Part shown: one piece after another, positions 38,648 to 52,120 of the stretch | How the letters are laid out: each line of letters opens with the position of its first letter | Position numbering within the stretch: the stretch's first letter is position 1 | Source: Octopus vulgaris | Lineage: Eukaryota | Assembly: GCA_951406725.2 (NCBI GenBank) | Contig: OX597815.1 | Location: forward strand, 120,776,001-120,840,000 | Length of the DNA stretch: 64,000 bases | Direction of reading: 5' to 3' | Position numbers and translations under genes: made by a program | The notes under the pieces: generated by a model | What the model was told of the DNA's origin: nothing | The model's database searches: none | Seen by the model: the letters and a program-made list of their open reading frames with translations, nothing else

Positions 38648-38841
38648 GTATATATAGAACAATATATATAATGGATAAAATTCTTTTTAAGAGCAGAAAA
38701 ATTTGCCAGCAAACAGCCATGAAGATTGAACTTACACCCTTCCAATATCTAGTTGAGATACTTTACCCAGTAAGCTAAACTACCGACAGGCAAATTCTTC
38801 TGCATGATTTATATGACATCTAACGTTTCTGGATGACTTTA

Positions 38842-39132
38842 TCTGTATATATATATATAAGGCAGGATGTGTGTATGTGTGCGTGTGTGTGTGTGTACGT
38901 GATTGTAGTTTATGCACATGCACAAATTAGCACCCATGTCACTCAAATTTTAGGAGGATATTCGTCATGATCCTAGCTGTATTTTCGTCAAATTATTTTC
39001 CCCCGAGGCACCCGCGAATAGCGGTAAATAATTTTGAGCCATAACTTCTAAATTTTTATGGCGGAGAAACCTACCATTGTTTACAAAGCAAACATGAGTT
39101 AAGTCCCTTCCTAGCGACGGTGTAAAGAGAGA

Positions 39133-39168
<36 letters not shown>

Positions 39169-39738
39169 AGATTTTTAAAATTTCATCTTTTTACTGGCAA
39201 AAATAGACAGACAGGTGTTGTTATGTATGTACGTATGTGTGAATGGCTTCAGTCACACATACACACACATGAGCATGTTTGTGTACAAAACACATGTATG
39301 CAATGTGTGTGTGTGTGTTGCCCGTATATATATATATATATACACACAACTATTTTCCAAATTAGTTGAATCCGTTGCTCTACTCAGCGATATGCATGAA
39401 CATGGGAGAGAGCAGAGGTTACCAGAGCAAAAGACCTACGTGTTGACTGTAGACACACTCCTTCACAAATGATCAGCTATTATTTTGTAAACAATGTTTT
39501 GAAACTGTTCATGTTTTCGAAAGGAGCGGTATGACTTTCACATCTCTGCGGGAAAAGGTAGGCTTCTCTATTCCTGTTACAAAACTTATTTCTGGGTACC
39601 AAATTTGCTTCCATTGATGGTATTACTTGGGTAGTAGATGGTGGTGGGACAGTGGCAGGGGCAAAGGTGTGCAAAAACATGTATGCAATAGGTATATGTA
39701 CGTATATGTTTGTGTGTGTGTGTGTGTGTGTGTGTTGC

Positions 39739-39769
<31 letters not shown>

Positions 39770-40101
39770 CTTAGTTGTGATCTGAACATAACCGCTTCTC
39801 ACACAGAGGATCAGGGGCCCTTTTGGGCATTCTATTTTCCTTGCTGGAAGGGTTCTCAACCCACGTGCAAAGTGGGGTTACATGAAAAAAAAATGCAATC
39901 GATGAGGGGGAAAAATCAATAAACCGATTCCTTATGGGATTTCCCAATCAAATTGTCTGCAAAATTGCTGCCAAAAGTTTACCAATTTCAATGGATTTCA
40001 CTCAAATTGATGTCGATGTTACTTAGTTTGGTTTGAAATAAAGAGCTTGATTAGCTTAATAATCCTAACTTAATTCCAAGCAAACCAGGCTATACTGCTA
40101 G
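38842..40101 (+). mobile_element. Probable non-autonomous Helitron
   Basis: Begins A|TCtgtatatatat.. followed by (TG)n; ends ccaagcaaaccaggctatactgCTAG|T, a decayed version of the 3' end of the 11745-12141 Helitron. Confidence 0.55.
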
Positions 40102-40630
40102 TAACTTCTTAAATTGCAGAAGAATTTGCCAGTCGACAGTTTGGCTTAAAGGGTAGAGCACTCCAACCAGATAATAGAGGGGTGTGAATTTGATCCTCAT
40201 GGCTGGTTGCCAGCAAATTTTTCTGCTTTTAAAAAGGATTTTATCCTTTATATATACTGTTCAGTGCTTACATGTTGAAAACAAATATATCTTTCTACTT
40301 GTTCTACAATACATTTCAACGCTTCAAAAACAAACTTAAGTTTGTTTACATATGATGCAAAATATATATGTGTATGTGTGTGTGCGAGTAGATGAAACCA
40401 AGGCGACTGAAGAAGGGGAATTTTCCTTGTGTTATTTGTCCTGTACTCTATTTTTTCGTTGTTTAAGAAAAATGTCCAGTTCCTTGGTTTTGTGTTTATG
40501 TTTTCGTTTCTCATGGTGTTCAACGTTTTTTTGGTGTCCTGTACCCATATATGCATGTATATATATATATGTAGAGGTAGGTACGTACATACATGTATGT
40601 ATATATGCATATGTTTTATTTATTAATTTA

Positions 40631-40734
<104 letters not shown>

Positions 40735-40799
40735 ATATATATAATACATATAATATAATACATATAATATAATACATATATAATAAATAAATAAATGCG

Positions 40800-41043
40800 G
40801 CCTTTTAAGATTATGGCAACATTCACCAATTTAAACAAGGAGACTGCCCAGAAGAGTTGCACGAGATTCCAAAGTCATCTGGAGTCTGTGATTGAAGCCA
40901 ATGGTGATTTTATTGAACAAATTTACTTTTTAGTATTTCAAGATATTTTTATGCAAGTTTGGTAAATATATCTGTTAAATTGAGATGTCAGTGTTATTTT
41001 CATTTTTGCATAATTTAGATGACAGTTTATTCATTGCAACCTG
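40800..41043 (+). mobile_element. Tc1/mariner 3' remnant
   Basis: KIMATFTNLNKETAQKSCTRFQSHLESVIEANGDFIE resembles a transposase C-terminus; ends gcaacCTG|TA. Confidence 0.65.
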
Positions 41044-41506
41044 TATATGTATATATATTAGTGTGTGTGTATGTGTGTGTGTGTGTGTGTGTGTAGGTGT
41101 GTGAATAAATAACAACAGATGGATAATGTGTTAATTCATAGCAGCTGCTTCCAATGAATTTCTAATTTCTAGACATTATATCATTACAAAAAAAAAAAAA
41201 CGTTTTCCTCAGGTGAATACATGAACCCCAACATTCAAAAACATTCAAGAGCCAATGGGATGTGCATCTTCATGATTCTATGATCCTGGATAGATATATA
41301 GATAAATATAGAAATATATTTATATGCACTCTGTAAAGTGGTTGGCATTAGAAAGAGTATCAGCCATTATGAATCATGCCGAAATAGACATTAGAACTCA
41401 ATGCAGTCCTCTGGTTTGCTGAACACTGTCAAACTGTCAGACAAACAGACAGATAGACAGGCAAGCAGGCAGACAGGCAGACAGACAGACAGACAGAAAG
41501 ACAGAC

Positions 41507-41555
<49 letters not shown>

Positions 41556-42216
41556 TGCCTGTGTGTATGTATATAAGCCAACATTATCAGGCAATACTAG
41601 TAAATAACTATATTTCACTGAAGAGATCTAATAAGACTGAAACACATAAAAAGTTGTCACCATACTGCCTCATGTAATTTTACATTATTAAAATGTAGCA
41701 AATGTAAAAATCATTTTCATCTCTGAAAATGGTAGTAATAGTTTGAATAATCATAATTTTACTAATAATAAAATATCTTAGATGTATAAACAACTAGCTT
41801 AAAAGCCAAACTCCGTGCAGGCTAGCTCCTGCAGAGGGCTAATTGGACCTGTGGCCCAAAACTAAAGAGAGCTAAATTTATTATAGACTAAGTCTCAATG
41901 ACAGCCTTTATAATAAGTATAATGTTCGGTGACATGAAAAGTATTAAATTCTTATCTTTATCTTTTATTTTTTACTTGTTTTAGTCATTTGACTGTGGCC
42001 ATGCTGGGGCACTGCTTTGAAGGGTTTTAGTCAAAAGGATCAACCCCAGTACGGGGTTAAGTCTGGCACTTATTTCATTGCTCTCTTTCACCGAACTGCA
42101 AAATTATAGGTAAGTAAACAAACCCACATGGTTATCAAGCAGTGAAGTCAGGGGACAAAAACAGACACAAGGACACAGAAATATATATATATATACACAC
42201 GCACACACACACACAC

Positions 42217-42284
<68 letters not shown>

Positions 42285-42337
42285 GTCCAAGAAACATGAT
42301 GGTCTTCCATGTAGCTCCTGTCTACCATATACACTCA

Positions 42338-42536
42338 TGCACAGGAGTGGCAGTATGGTAAGTAGCTTGCTTATCAACCACATGGTTTTAGGTTCAGTCC
42401 CTCTGCATGGCACTTTGGGCAATTGTCTTCTACTAAGGCCTCAGGCTGACCAAAGCCTTGTGAGTGGATTTGGTAGACAGAAACTGAAAGAAGCCCATCA
42501 TATACATACATACATATATATATATGTGTGTGTGTG

Positions 42537-42595
<59 letters not shown>

Positions 42596-42820
42596 GTGTG
42601 TATATGTTGTGTGTTTGTCCCCACAACATCACTTGACAACAGATGCTGGTGTGTTTACATCCCCAAAACTTAGTGGTTTGGCAAAAGATACCGATAGAAT
42701 AAGTATTAGGCTTACAAAGAATAAGTCCTGGAGTCAGTTTGCTTGACTAAAGGCAGTGCTACACCATGGCCACAGTCAAATGACTGAAACAAGTAAAAGA
42801 ATAAAAGAAAGTAAAAGATA
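42338..42820 (+). mobile_element. SINE family A copy
   Basis: Colinear with 21561-22035; a partial inverted copy lies at 41960-42180. Confidence 0.85.
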
Positions 42821-43505
42821 TTGGTTTGCCCAGGGCTATAGTAGATGACATTTGTCCAAGGTGTCACACAGTGAGAATGAATAAAAAAACCACAGGCTTG
42901 CTAAAAAGGGTTCTTTACCACTCAGCCATGCCAGCTTACATTTTTCAATATTATAAGATTAAGGGTGATAAAAGACAACGCAGCAGAATACTGGACTAAA
43001 TGCATTACATTATTTAGTTTCAACTAAATTAATAAAATTATTTTAATCCATCAATTTTCAGTTGAGATTTTCCACTAAATCAATAAAATAAATACGAGTA
43101 ATATACTTTTAATTCTATTAAAATTTCACTCATGTATTGCCTGTATTCTGGTTTTAATTATTTTTGATTAATTAAAATTTCTGAATTGTCTTCAGGATTA
43201 ATCATTAAGTCACTGATTCTCACTCTTCCCCACAAATGTAATTTTATTAATTAAAATCTTTTGTCTGACTTCATAAAGTATGTTAACACATAATCTTACT
43301 ATTTAGTTTTCACGCAGAGTGAGTAACCAGGTATTTTCATTCTGGTCTTTACTTCAAGTTATCACATATCTATTCACAGACACTCACACATGTATATGTA
43401 TGTATGTATATATATATATATATATATATAAATATATATATATATATGATTTTGATTTTGATTTTTCCAGTTTCAGCTAATGAGCTGTGGCCATGCTGGG
43501 GCACC

Positions 43506-43543
<38 letters not shown>

Positions 43544-43885
43544 CAACAATTGAGGGTAAAATTAATTAATTATTAATCAATTTCACCAAGTATTCAGTAT
43601 GTAAAGGGACCATTTTAGGCGAATTCAAAATATTACATTATATATAAGGGCTTAGTAAAATAAATTACTTTGCCACATACTGAACTCATTAGAAATAGCA
43701 GCTAAAGAAATTTCTTTAGCTATTTCTAATACTTAAAGAAGATCTCTCTCAGATAGTGTTTGCTCAAACCAACTCACAAAGGTATGGGGGAAAAAACATT
43801 AGTTCGAGCGGAATTCTAGAGGTGATAAGAAGCCAAAAGGGTATGCTCCCACTTTCAGTGTTCCCAAATCCGAATCAAGGAGTTC

Positions 43886-43937
43886 TGAGCTGACGAAAGA
43901 AATGTCGATTTGACTAATCTAGAAACGTACGTTCTCA
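43886..43937 (+). ncRNA. Type I minimal hammerhead ribozyme motif, copy 1
   Basis: tgag-CTGACGA-aagaaatgtcgatttgactaatcta-GAAAC-gtac-GTT-ctca: stem I tgag/ctca, stem II aga..gtc(gattt)gac..tct, stem III within palindromic ACGTACGT. Confidence 0.7.
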
Positions 43938-44442
43938 AATAACCTTTGCACTTGATTTTTTAATGTTTTTTCCCCCATACCTTTGTGAGTTGGTTTGAGC
44001 AAACACTATCTGAGAGAGATCTTCTTTAAGTATTAGAAATAGCTAAAGAAATTTCTTTAGCTGCTATTTCTAATGAGTTCAGTATGTGGCAAAGTAATTT
44101 ATTTTACTAAGCCCTTATATATAATGTAATATTTTGAATTCGCCTAAAATGGTCCCTTTACATACTGAATACTTGGTGAAATTGATTAATAATTAATTAA
44201 TTTTACCCTCAATTGTTGAAATTATAATTCATTTCTCTCTGTTTAATGCTTTGGTTTTCACCGATAAAACATAGTGTTTGTCAATTTTAACCCACGCTGG
44301 TGGAAAGGGGAGAGCAGAAATTCTTCGCTTGCATATTTTGAATTTGATAACACTTTTAGTTTGAGCGGAATTCTAGAGGTGATAAGAAGCCAAAAGGGTA
44401 TGCTCCCACTTTCAGTGTTCCCAAATCCGAATCAAGGAGTTC

Positions 44443-44494
44443 TGAGCTGACGAAAGAAATGTCGATTTGACTAATCTAGAAACGTACGTTCTCA
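44443..44494 (+). ncRNA. Type I minimal hammerhead ribozyme motif, copy 2
   Basis: Identical to 43886-43937, 557 bp downstream. Confidence 0.7.
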
Positions 44495-44672
44495 AATAAC
44501 CTTTGCACTTGATTTTTTAATGTTTTTTCCCCCATACCTTTGTGAGTTGGTTTGAGCAAACACTATCTGAGAGAGATCTTCTTTAAGTATTAGAAATAGC
44601 TAAAGAAATTTCTTTAGCTGCTATTTCTAATGAGTTCAGTATGTGGCAAAGTAATTTATTTTACTAAGCCCT

Positions 44673-44705
<33 letters not shown>

Positions 44706-44731
44706 CATACATGTGTGTGTGTGTGTATCTT

Positions 44732-47160
44732 CATCATCATCGTTTAACATCCGCTTTCCATGCTGGCATGGGTTGGACGGTTTGACTGGGGACTGGTGAG
44801 CCAGATGGCTGCACCAGGCTCGCTCCAATATAATCTGGCAGAGTTTCTACAGCTAGATGCCCTTCCTAATGCCAACCACTCCAAGAGTGTAGTGGGTGCT
44901 TTTACGTGCCTCTGGCACAAGGGCCAGTCAGGCAGTGTTGGCAACGGCCCCGCTCAGATGGTGATTTTATGTGTCACCTGCACAGGAGCCAGTCCAACGG
45001 CACTGGCAACACCCTCTCTTGAATGTTGTTTTTCACGTACTATCGGCACAAGTGCCAGTAAGGCGACACTGGTAACGATCACGGTCAAATGGTGCTTTTT
45101 ACATGCCACTGTCATGGGGTCTAGTCAGTGGCCCTAGAAATGATCACATTCTGCTGGTGCTCTTAGTGCTCCACTAGCACAAATGCCAGTCATGCAGTGC
45201 TGTCATCGAACTTGATTTCGATTTCACTTGACTCAAAAGGTTTTCGCAAGCAGAGTTTAGTGTCCAATGAAAGAAAGGTGCGCTAAAGTGGGCTGGTTAC
45301 ACCACTGGCATAGGCCACAGGTTATGGTCTCACTTGGCTTGCCAGGTTTTTCAAGCACAGCATATTTTCAAAGGTCTTGGTCACTAGTCATTGTCTCAGT
45401 GAGGCCTAATGTTCGAAAGTCGTGCTTCACCACTGCATCCCAGGTCTTCCTGGGTCTACTTCTTCTACAGTTTCCCTCAACCGCTAGAGTGCGACACTTT
45501 TTCTCACAGCTATACTTATCCATTCGCACCACATCACCATACCAGTGCAGTCGTCTCTCTTGCACACCACATCTGATGCTTCTTAGGTCCAACCTTTCTC
45601 TGAAGACACTTACACTCTGTCAAATATGTACACTGACATTACAGATCCAGCAGAGCATGCTGGCTTCATTCCTTGCAAGCTTACGCATATCCTCGGCAGT
45701 CACAGCCCATGTTTCACTGCCATGTAGCATGGCTGTTCGCACACATGCATCATACAGTCTACCTTTTACTCTGAGCAAGAGTTTGTCATTAGCAGAGGTA
45801 GGAACTCTCTGAACTTTTCTAGCAGCTACACTTTCAGAGCACCCATGCCTGCTACTGACTTGGTCACCTAGGTAATGGAAGCTATCAACTTCTAGCTTTT
45901 CTCCCTGGAATGTGGCAGAAGTTGTTTTCTGCACATTTTCAGTGTTTATTGCTCCTGAGCATCTTCCATATACAAAAACTATCTTCCTAGTTAGCCTTCC
46001 TTTGATATTGTTGCACCTCTTATGTGTCCATAGCTTACACCAGGTACATCTTATAGAGTTTCTACCTATGCCTCTACTACAGATCGAGCAGGGCCATCTA
46101 CCTGAAGGAATTTGTGGTTTGTCTGCCTTCTTACTTTGGCTTTTGATAGATTGACTCCAAGGCCCTTCAAGTTTAGACCTTGCTTCCACACCTGAAACTT
46201 CTCTAGTTCTGGTTGTGACTCAGCTATTAGAGCAAGGTCATCAGCATAGAGAAGCTCCCAGAGGCATCCTGTCTTGAAATCCTCTGTTATTGCCTGGAGG
46301 ATTATGATGAATAAGAGGGGGTTGAGGACTGATCCTTGGTGAACCCTCCTGCCTGGAATTCTTCACTATACTTGTTGCCCAACCCTCACCTTTATGACAG
46401 AATCCCTGTACATTGCTTATACAGCTCTCACTAACCACTCATCTATCTCTAGTTTCCACATTGACCACCAGATAAGTGATTGGGGTACCCTGTCAAAGGC
46501 TTTCTCCATGTCAACAAAAGCCAGGTACAGAGGTTTATCTTTGGCTAGGTATTTCTCCTGCAGCTGTCTTACCAGAAATATAGCATCAGTGATGCTTTTC
46601 CCTGGCATGAACCCGAACCGCATCTCATCTAAACTAACTCTCTCCCTAATTAGTTGGGCTATGACTCTCTCTGTGACCTTCATTATCTGATCCAACAACT
46701 TGATACCTCTGTAATTATTTGTATCTAAAGCATCACCTTTACCTTTGTAACAGTTGACTATAGTGCTGGTACACCAGTCATTGGGTATGACCCCTTCATG
46801 TATCACCTGGTTAACTATATGGGTGACTAGGCTATAGCCGACACTGCCAGATATTTTGAGCATCTCTGCAGTGATTCCTGATGGGCCAGGAGCTTTCCCT
46901 GTCTTCATACTCTTAACTGCTTTTTCTACCAAGGTACTGTCAATTCGGATAGCTGGTCCCTCTGTTGGGTCAACATTCAGCAGACTCTCTTTCTCCCATT
47001 GATTCTCTTTATTGAGCAACCTTTCATATTGGTGTCCCCAAACCTGTCTCTTTGCAGCCTCGTTTAGTGCAAGTGAGTCATCATCCATGTGGACACATTT
47101 CTCTCGTACGACATCATGATTCTCTCTCACACCCTGTCTTGCAACATGAAATACTTCAAG
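44732..47160 (-). mobile_element. RTE LINE (PHD-RT family), 5'-truncated and frameshifted
   Basis: ORFs 46417-47241, 45620-46189 and 45368-45592: GKAPGPSG, YKGKGD..NYRGIKLL, FGFMPG, AFVDMEKAFDRV, LLYADDL, FHYLGD, LHWYGDV; 3' UTR tandem units; (CAT)n tail. Confidence 0.92.
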
Positions 47161-47204
<44 letters not shown>

Positions 47205-50169
47205 GTATGTATGTATGTATGTATGTATATGTATATATCAAGGTGGCAAGCTGACAGAAACATTAGCATGCCGGGCAAAATGCTAAGCGGCATTTCATGT
47301 CTGTACATTCTGAGTTCAAATTCCACCAAGCTCAACTTTGCCTTTCGTCCTTTCAGGGCTGATCAATTAAGTACCAGTTGCATACTGTGGTTGATCTAAT
47401 CGACTGGCCCCCTCCCCCAAAATTTCTGGCCTTGTGCCTAGAGTAGAAAAAAAAATATATATATCATCATCATCATCGTCATCATCATCTTCATCATTAT
47501 TTTATCATCCAATTTTCCATGATTGCATGGAACAGGCAGAGTTTACTGAGGCAGATTTTCTGTGGCCTGATGCCCTTTCCTGTTGCCAATCCTTATCTGT
47601 TTCCTCATAGTCAGACATGTTTTCACAAAATATTGGAAATGAATGACATTCATTTACAACAACAATACAGAATGAAGCCATGCATAGCCACACTCATGCA
47701 TACACACACACACATGCACACGCATGCACACACACACACACACACACATGCATATATACAATAGGCTTCTATCAGTTTCCTTCTTGCATTGGCAATAGGA
47801 GTGAATATTAGTTGTAGCGACAGCAGCAATTCTAATGGCTGTAGTAGTTGTGGTTGTTTTAGTTTAATATCAGTAGGGTTCATTGTAATTCTCTCTTCTC
47901 TCTCTCTCTCCCTAACCCTCCCCCTCTCCCTCTCTCTCCATCTCACAGGGATTTAGAATTGGCTGGTATTTGGTTAAGAAGTTTGTTTCTCTGTTGATGC
48001 GTTGTTGTATTGTGTAATCACTGAATTGATGTAGAGGGAAAATGGTATAATTTAGTTGTCTAACCGCAGCATATGTCCATATGTTCACTGAGTCTTATTT
48101 GTCTGCATTTCAGTATTTTCATTTGTGATCTATGAAAAGTCATGCACTGTCTTAAAGACCCTCTAGTTTGTCATATATAATGATCTCCATATCCTGAGAA
48201 TGTAATTACATACCCTAAATAAATCTATAAGATTTATGTATATGACTGATCCAATTTTCTGTCAGATAATGTTAATTTTTTAAAAATGCAAAAGTTGGAT
48301 ATTTTCCATCATGCTGGTGCTCCAGCAAGGCCACAGTTTTGAGGGTGAAACCAGTACTAAAAGGAAAAAAATGGAAAAGAAGAATGTAAAACATTTCCTA
48401 TGTTGGTAAATTAGTAAATCCAAATAGTTGCTTTGATATAATAGTTAGAACATCTACCATATTTACAGATAATGTGGGCTTGAGTCCCAATGGCAACCTT
48501 TGACTTTTTATATAAGCACAGGTAATGCAAATGGAAGCATTGACAAGTGGTTGAGAAGTTTGCTTCCCAATCATGTGGCTCCAATTTTAATTCCACTATT
48601 TTGGCACCTTGGATAAATGACTTCACCTCTGGCCCTGGGTCCATCAAAGACTTGTGAGTGGATTTGGAAATCAAGTGATGATAATGGTGATGATGATGAT
48701 GATAATGATGAGGATATATGTATATGTATATTTGTCTGGGTGCATGTATGTGCTTGTGTGTCTCCCTTGCATTCACTGGTTTGTTTACAAACTCTGCCTT
48801 AAACAGTGTTGCTTGCTTCCAGCTTCCTGCATAAACATGCCTGGGCTGTTAGCTGTTCCATGAATTGGGAGATTATTACCTCCCTAGGAAACAAACAGGG
48901 AGAGAAAAGTTAGCAACAGGAAAAGCATCTGGGCAAAGCAAAATTCTGCCCTACTGTAGTATTGTTTGACCCATTCAGACATGGAAAAGTATACATTAAA
49001 ATGATGATGATGAGGAGGAGGAGGAGAACACTGATGCTCCTGCTGCTGCTGCTGAGGATGCTGATGATGATGATGATGATGACGACAACGAGGAAACTAG
49101 TGTTTATATATTTATATTTATTGTTGATCATCTCTGTTCAAAGATGTTCCTGTGGTGACCATCTAGTCTATGATTTTCTGGGGGTTTTTTTCCATCTAGT
49201 GTGTCCGTTCCTTATTTAGAGTATGTACCCTGAAGAGAACATGGCAACTGTTTCTAGCAAGTTGGATGATCATGTACAGGTTTCTTCATTGTCTCATTAT
49301 GTCTATGTATGCGTTCATACCAAGATGCATTTTCAGTACGCCTCCGTAATATCTTGCTACATTTTCACCAAGCAATCACTTTTGGAATTCTGTTTCTTGT
49401 AGTCAGTATATCCATTTCCACAGTTTTTGATTAAATAAATAAAATATGTATTCTCTATTCAATCCCAGATTAATTTCCCAAAATTTAATATAAATTCATC
49501 ACAGTTTCAAATAATCACATTTCTCCAATTGCTGAGGTTTTTTGGTTATTTTGTTCTACGTATGTTTTGTTGGGTTTATGTGTATGTGTGTGTGTGTGTG
49601 TGTGTGCACGTGTGCATGTGTTTCCTTTTCATTTACTGCCCTCCATTGTCCAGTGTTAAAGTAATCTTTTCTTCATTACATTTCCCAGTATTTGCCTTGT
49701 TTCAAATGTTTTGCATTCCATGTACACATGCTATCTCACTTCCTTCCATCCCACACATCCATTAATATTGTATTTCAGTCACCTGATATACCTGCTGATA
49801 TTTTCTTCATCCATATACACCTTCCTATCTTTAATCCAGTCAGTTGATTTTGAAACAAGCTCTGAAGCAACTCATCAACACATCACTATTTCTTTCTTTT
49901 ATTTGCTGACTTGTTCTATAGGTTTATTTATTACTACACTGTTTAATTTCACACTAATGCTGCTATGTTGTGCAGCGTTTCAAATCAGCTGACACTTCTC
50001 AAACATAAGCTAACACCTTGATAAACAGCTTAAGAGAAATTGATATATAGAATAACATGTTAGATTGCTACTAAAACGTCTCACCACAGCTAGATATTAT
50101 CTTCCCACACCAGGCTGAGTTTTAATGAATATCATTGCATAGTTCTGTCTGTTAGGTAACATTACAGTA

Positions 50170-50239
<70 letters not shown>

Positions 50240-50248
50240 CATATATAT

Positions 50249-50302
<54 letters not shown>

Positions 50303-50309
50303 ATGTATG

Positions 50310-50353
<44 letters not shown>

Positions 50354-50487
50354 TACACACACACATACACACAAATTGTATTGAATAAATATGTTGACAT
50401 AACATACATTTCATTTGTATCGTAAAAATAATTAAACTTTTATTGAAAAGATTTTGAAGGATTTGGTAGAAAAAAGTGAACTAAATA

Positions 50488-50900
50488 GGCATAGGAGTGG
50501 CTGTGTGGTAAGTAGCTTGCTTACGAACCACATGGTTCTGGGTTCAGTCCCACTGCATGGCTCCTTGGGCAAGTATCTTCTTCTATAGCCTCGGGCTGAC
50601 CAAAGCCTTGTGAGTGGATTTGGTAGATGGAAACTGAAAGAAGCCCGTTGTATATATGTATATAAATATATGTATGTGTGTGTGTGTGTATGTTTGTGTG
50701 TCTGTGTTTGTCCCCCCAACATTGCTTGACAACTGATGCTGGTGTGTTTATGTCCCCGTAACTTAGCGGTTCAGCAAAAGTGACCAATAGAATAAGTACC
50801 AGGCTAACAAAGAATATGTCCTGGGGTCGATATACTCGAATAAAGGCAGTGCTCCGGCATGGCCACAGTCAAATGACTGAAACAAGTAAAAGAATAAAAA
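50488..50900 (+). mobile_element. SINE family A copy
   Basis: Colinear with 21561-22035. Confidence 0.88.
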
Positions 50901-52016
50901 GAGTAATGGGTAAATATGCGGGGGAGTTTTATATAAATTATTTTAATAGTTTCTTGAGGTTAAAACAATGAAAATCTCTTTATTTAATTATTGAAAATTG
51001 CTCTAAATATCATTTTATTAAATTGCTAATGAGTCTGCACCATGGCAGAGATTAACACATGTATTAAAAAATTATTCACATGCATGACTTATGGCAAGGA
51101 AAACTGAAAAAGGCTGTGGAATTTACTGACCACAGTTTAGTTACTTTCATGCATATGTGAATGATACAGCTGACAAAATTCCCTGACAAATATTATCCCT
51201 AAAAGAAGTTGAAATCATGGCCCTCTTTGTGAGTTCTCTTACTGAACTACATGAACACACTTTCCAGCCATTCTACCCTAAGAAACCAAACTACAAACTA
51301 CAACCCCTCTTCTAATTGCATCTTTCTCAGCCTCACATTTCATCTTTGTAAATCATAATTGTTTTCCAGTCCCCTTTCTTGCCCTCACTGCCCTACTCAC
51401 TGTATTGCTGCTACCGCACTCTATTTTTCTACCCAGGTTCTATGCTCAGATCCTTGTTACTTGTGAGTATACCTTAGCACCACATCATCTCTCTTCTGCT
51501 CTCTCTTACACTTTTGCCGTTTCCTACTCTCTCTCTTTTTCTCTTTGGCCATTCTCACTCCCCTTCTTTTGTTCTTCCTCTAACCAGGTAACCGAGTATC
51601 TCCTTTACATCAACTCACTTGTTTCTGGCCTCTTTCTTGTACCTCTCTCTCACCCTCTACCTCTTTTCTCTCGCTCTCTCACTCTTTCTCTCTCACACAC
51701 ACACACACATACTGGGTAACGATGTACCTCCTCTATAGCAAGACATTTCTGCCTCTCTATTTCTCTGTTACATCCTAACCTTTCATCATCTGATACTGGA
51801 TCACCTCTTCTAATACCCTCTCTGTTGTGGTAAGACACCTGCTTCTGTCACTCTATCTCTCTGTCACACTCTAACCTTTCATCCTCTGACACAAGTTCCC
51901 CTCAAATGCCCTGCCCCTCTAATAATTCCTTGTCTTGTGAATTACTTGGTTACCCTACCAGTGCTGGTACTACATTAAAAGCATCCAGTTCACACTGTAA
52001 CATGGTTAGCATTTTG

Positions 52017-52053
<37 letters not shown>

Positions 52054-52120
52054 GTATGCATGTATGTATGTATGTATGTATGTATGTATGTATATGTGTG
52101 TGTGTGTGTATAGATATATA

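Larger units (their letters stand above)
43536..44682 (+). mobile_element. Penelope-like pseudo-LTR / retrozyme element: inverted repeat plus tandem 557-bp unit
   Basis: 43536-43801 is the reverse complement of 43961-44226; 43801-44125 is repeated at 44358-44682; both flanks are (TA)n; no ORF of 60 aa or more in the track; two hammerhead motifs. Confidence 0.8.

Noticed and set aside
41618-41650. ctgaaga-gatctaataagact-gaaac hammerhead-like spacing
   Set aside because: No stem I or III pairing, and stem II is mismatched.
44890-45190. Regularly spaced ggtgcttttacgtgcc repeats with variable intervening sequence, superficially CRISPR-like
   Set aside because: The units are degenerate tandem copies with related spacers inside an RTE 3' UTR; eukaryotic context and no cas genes.
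50097-50425. Many overlapping ORFs rich in YI/HT/CV (also at 15.6, 20.5, 32.3, 36.9, 40.4 and 57.4 kb)
   Set aside because: Translations of (TA)n, (CA)n and (GATA)n microsatellites, which lack stops in several frames.
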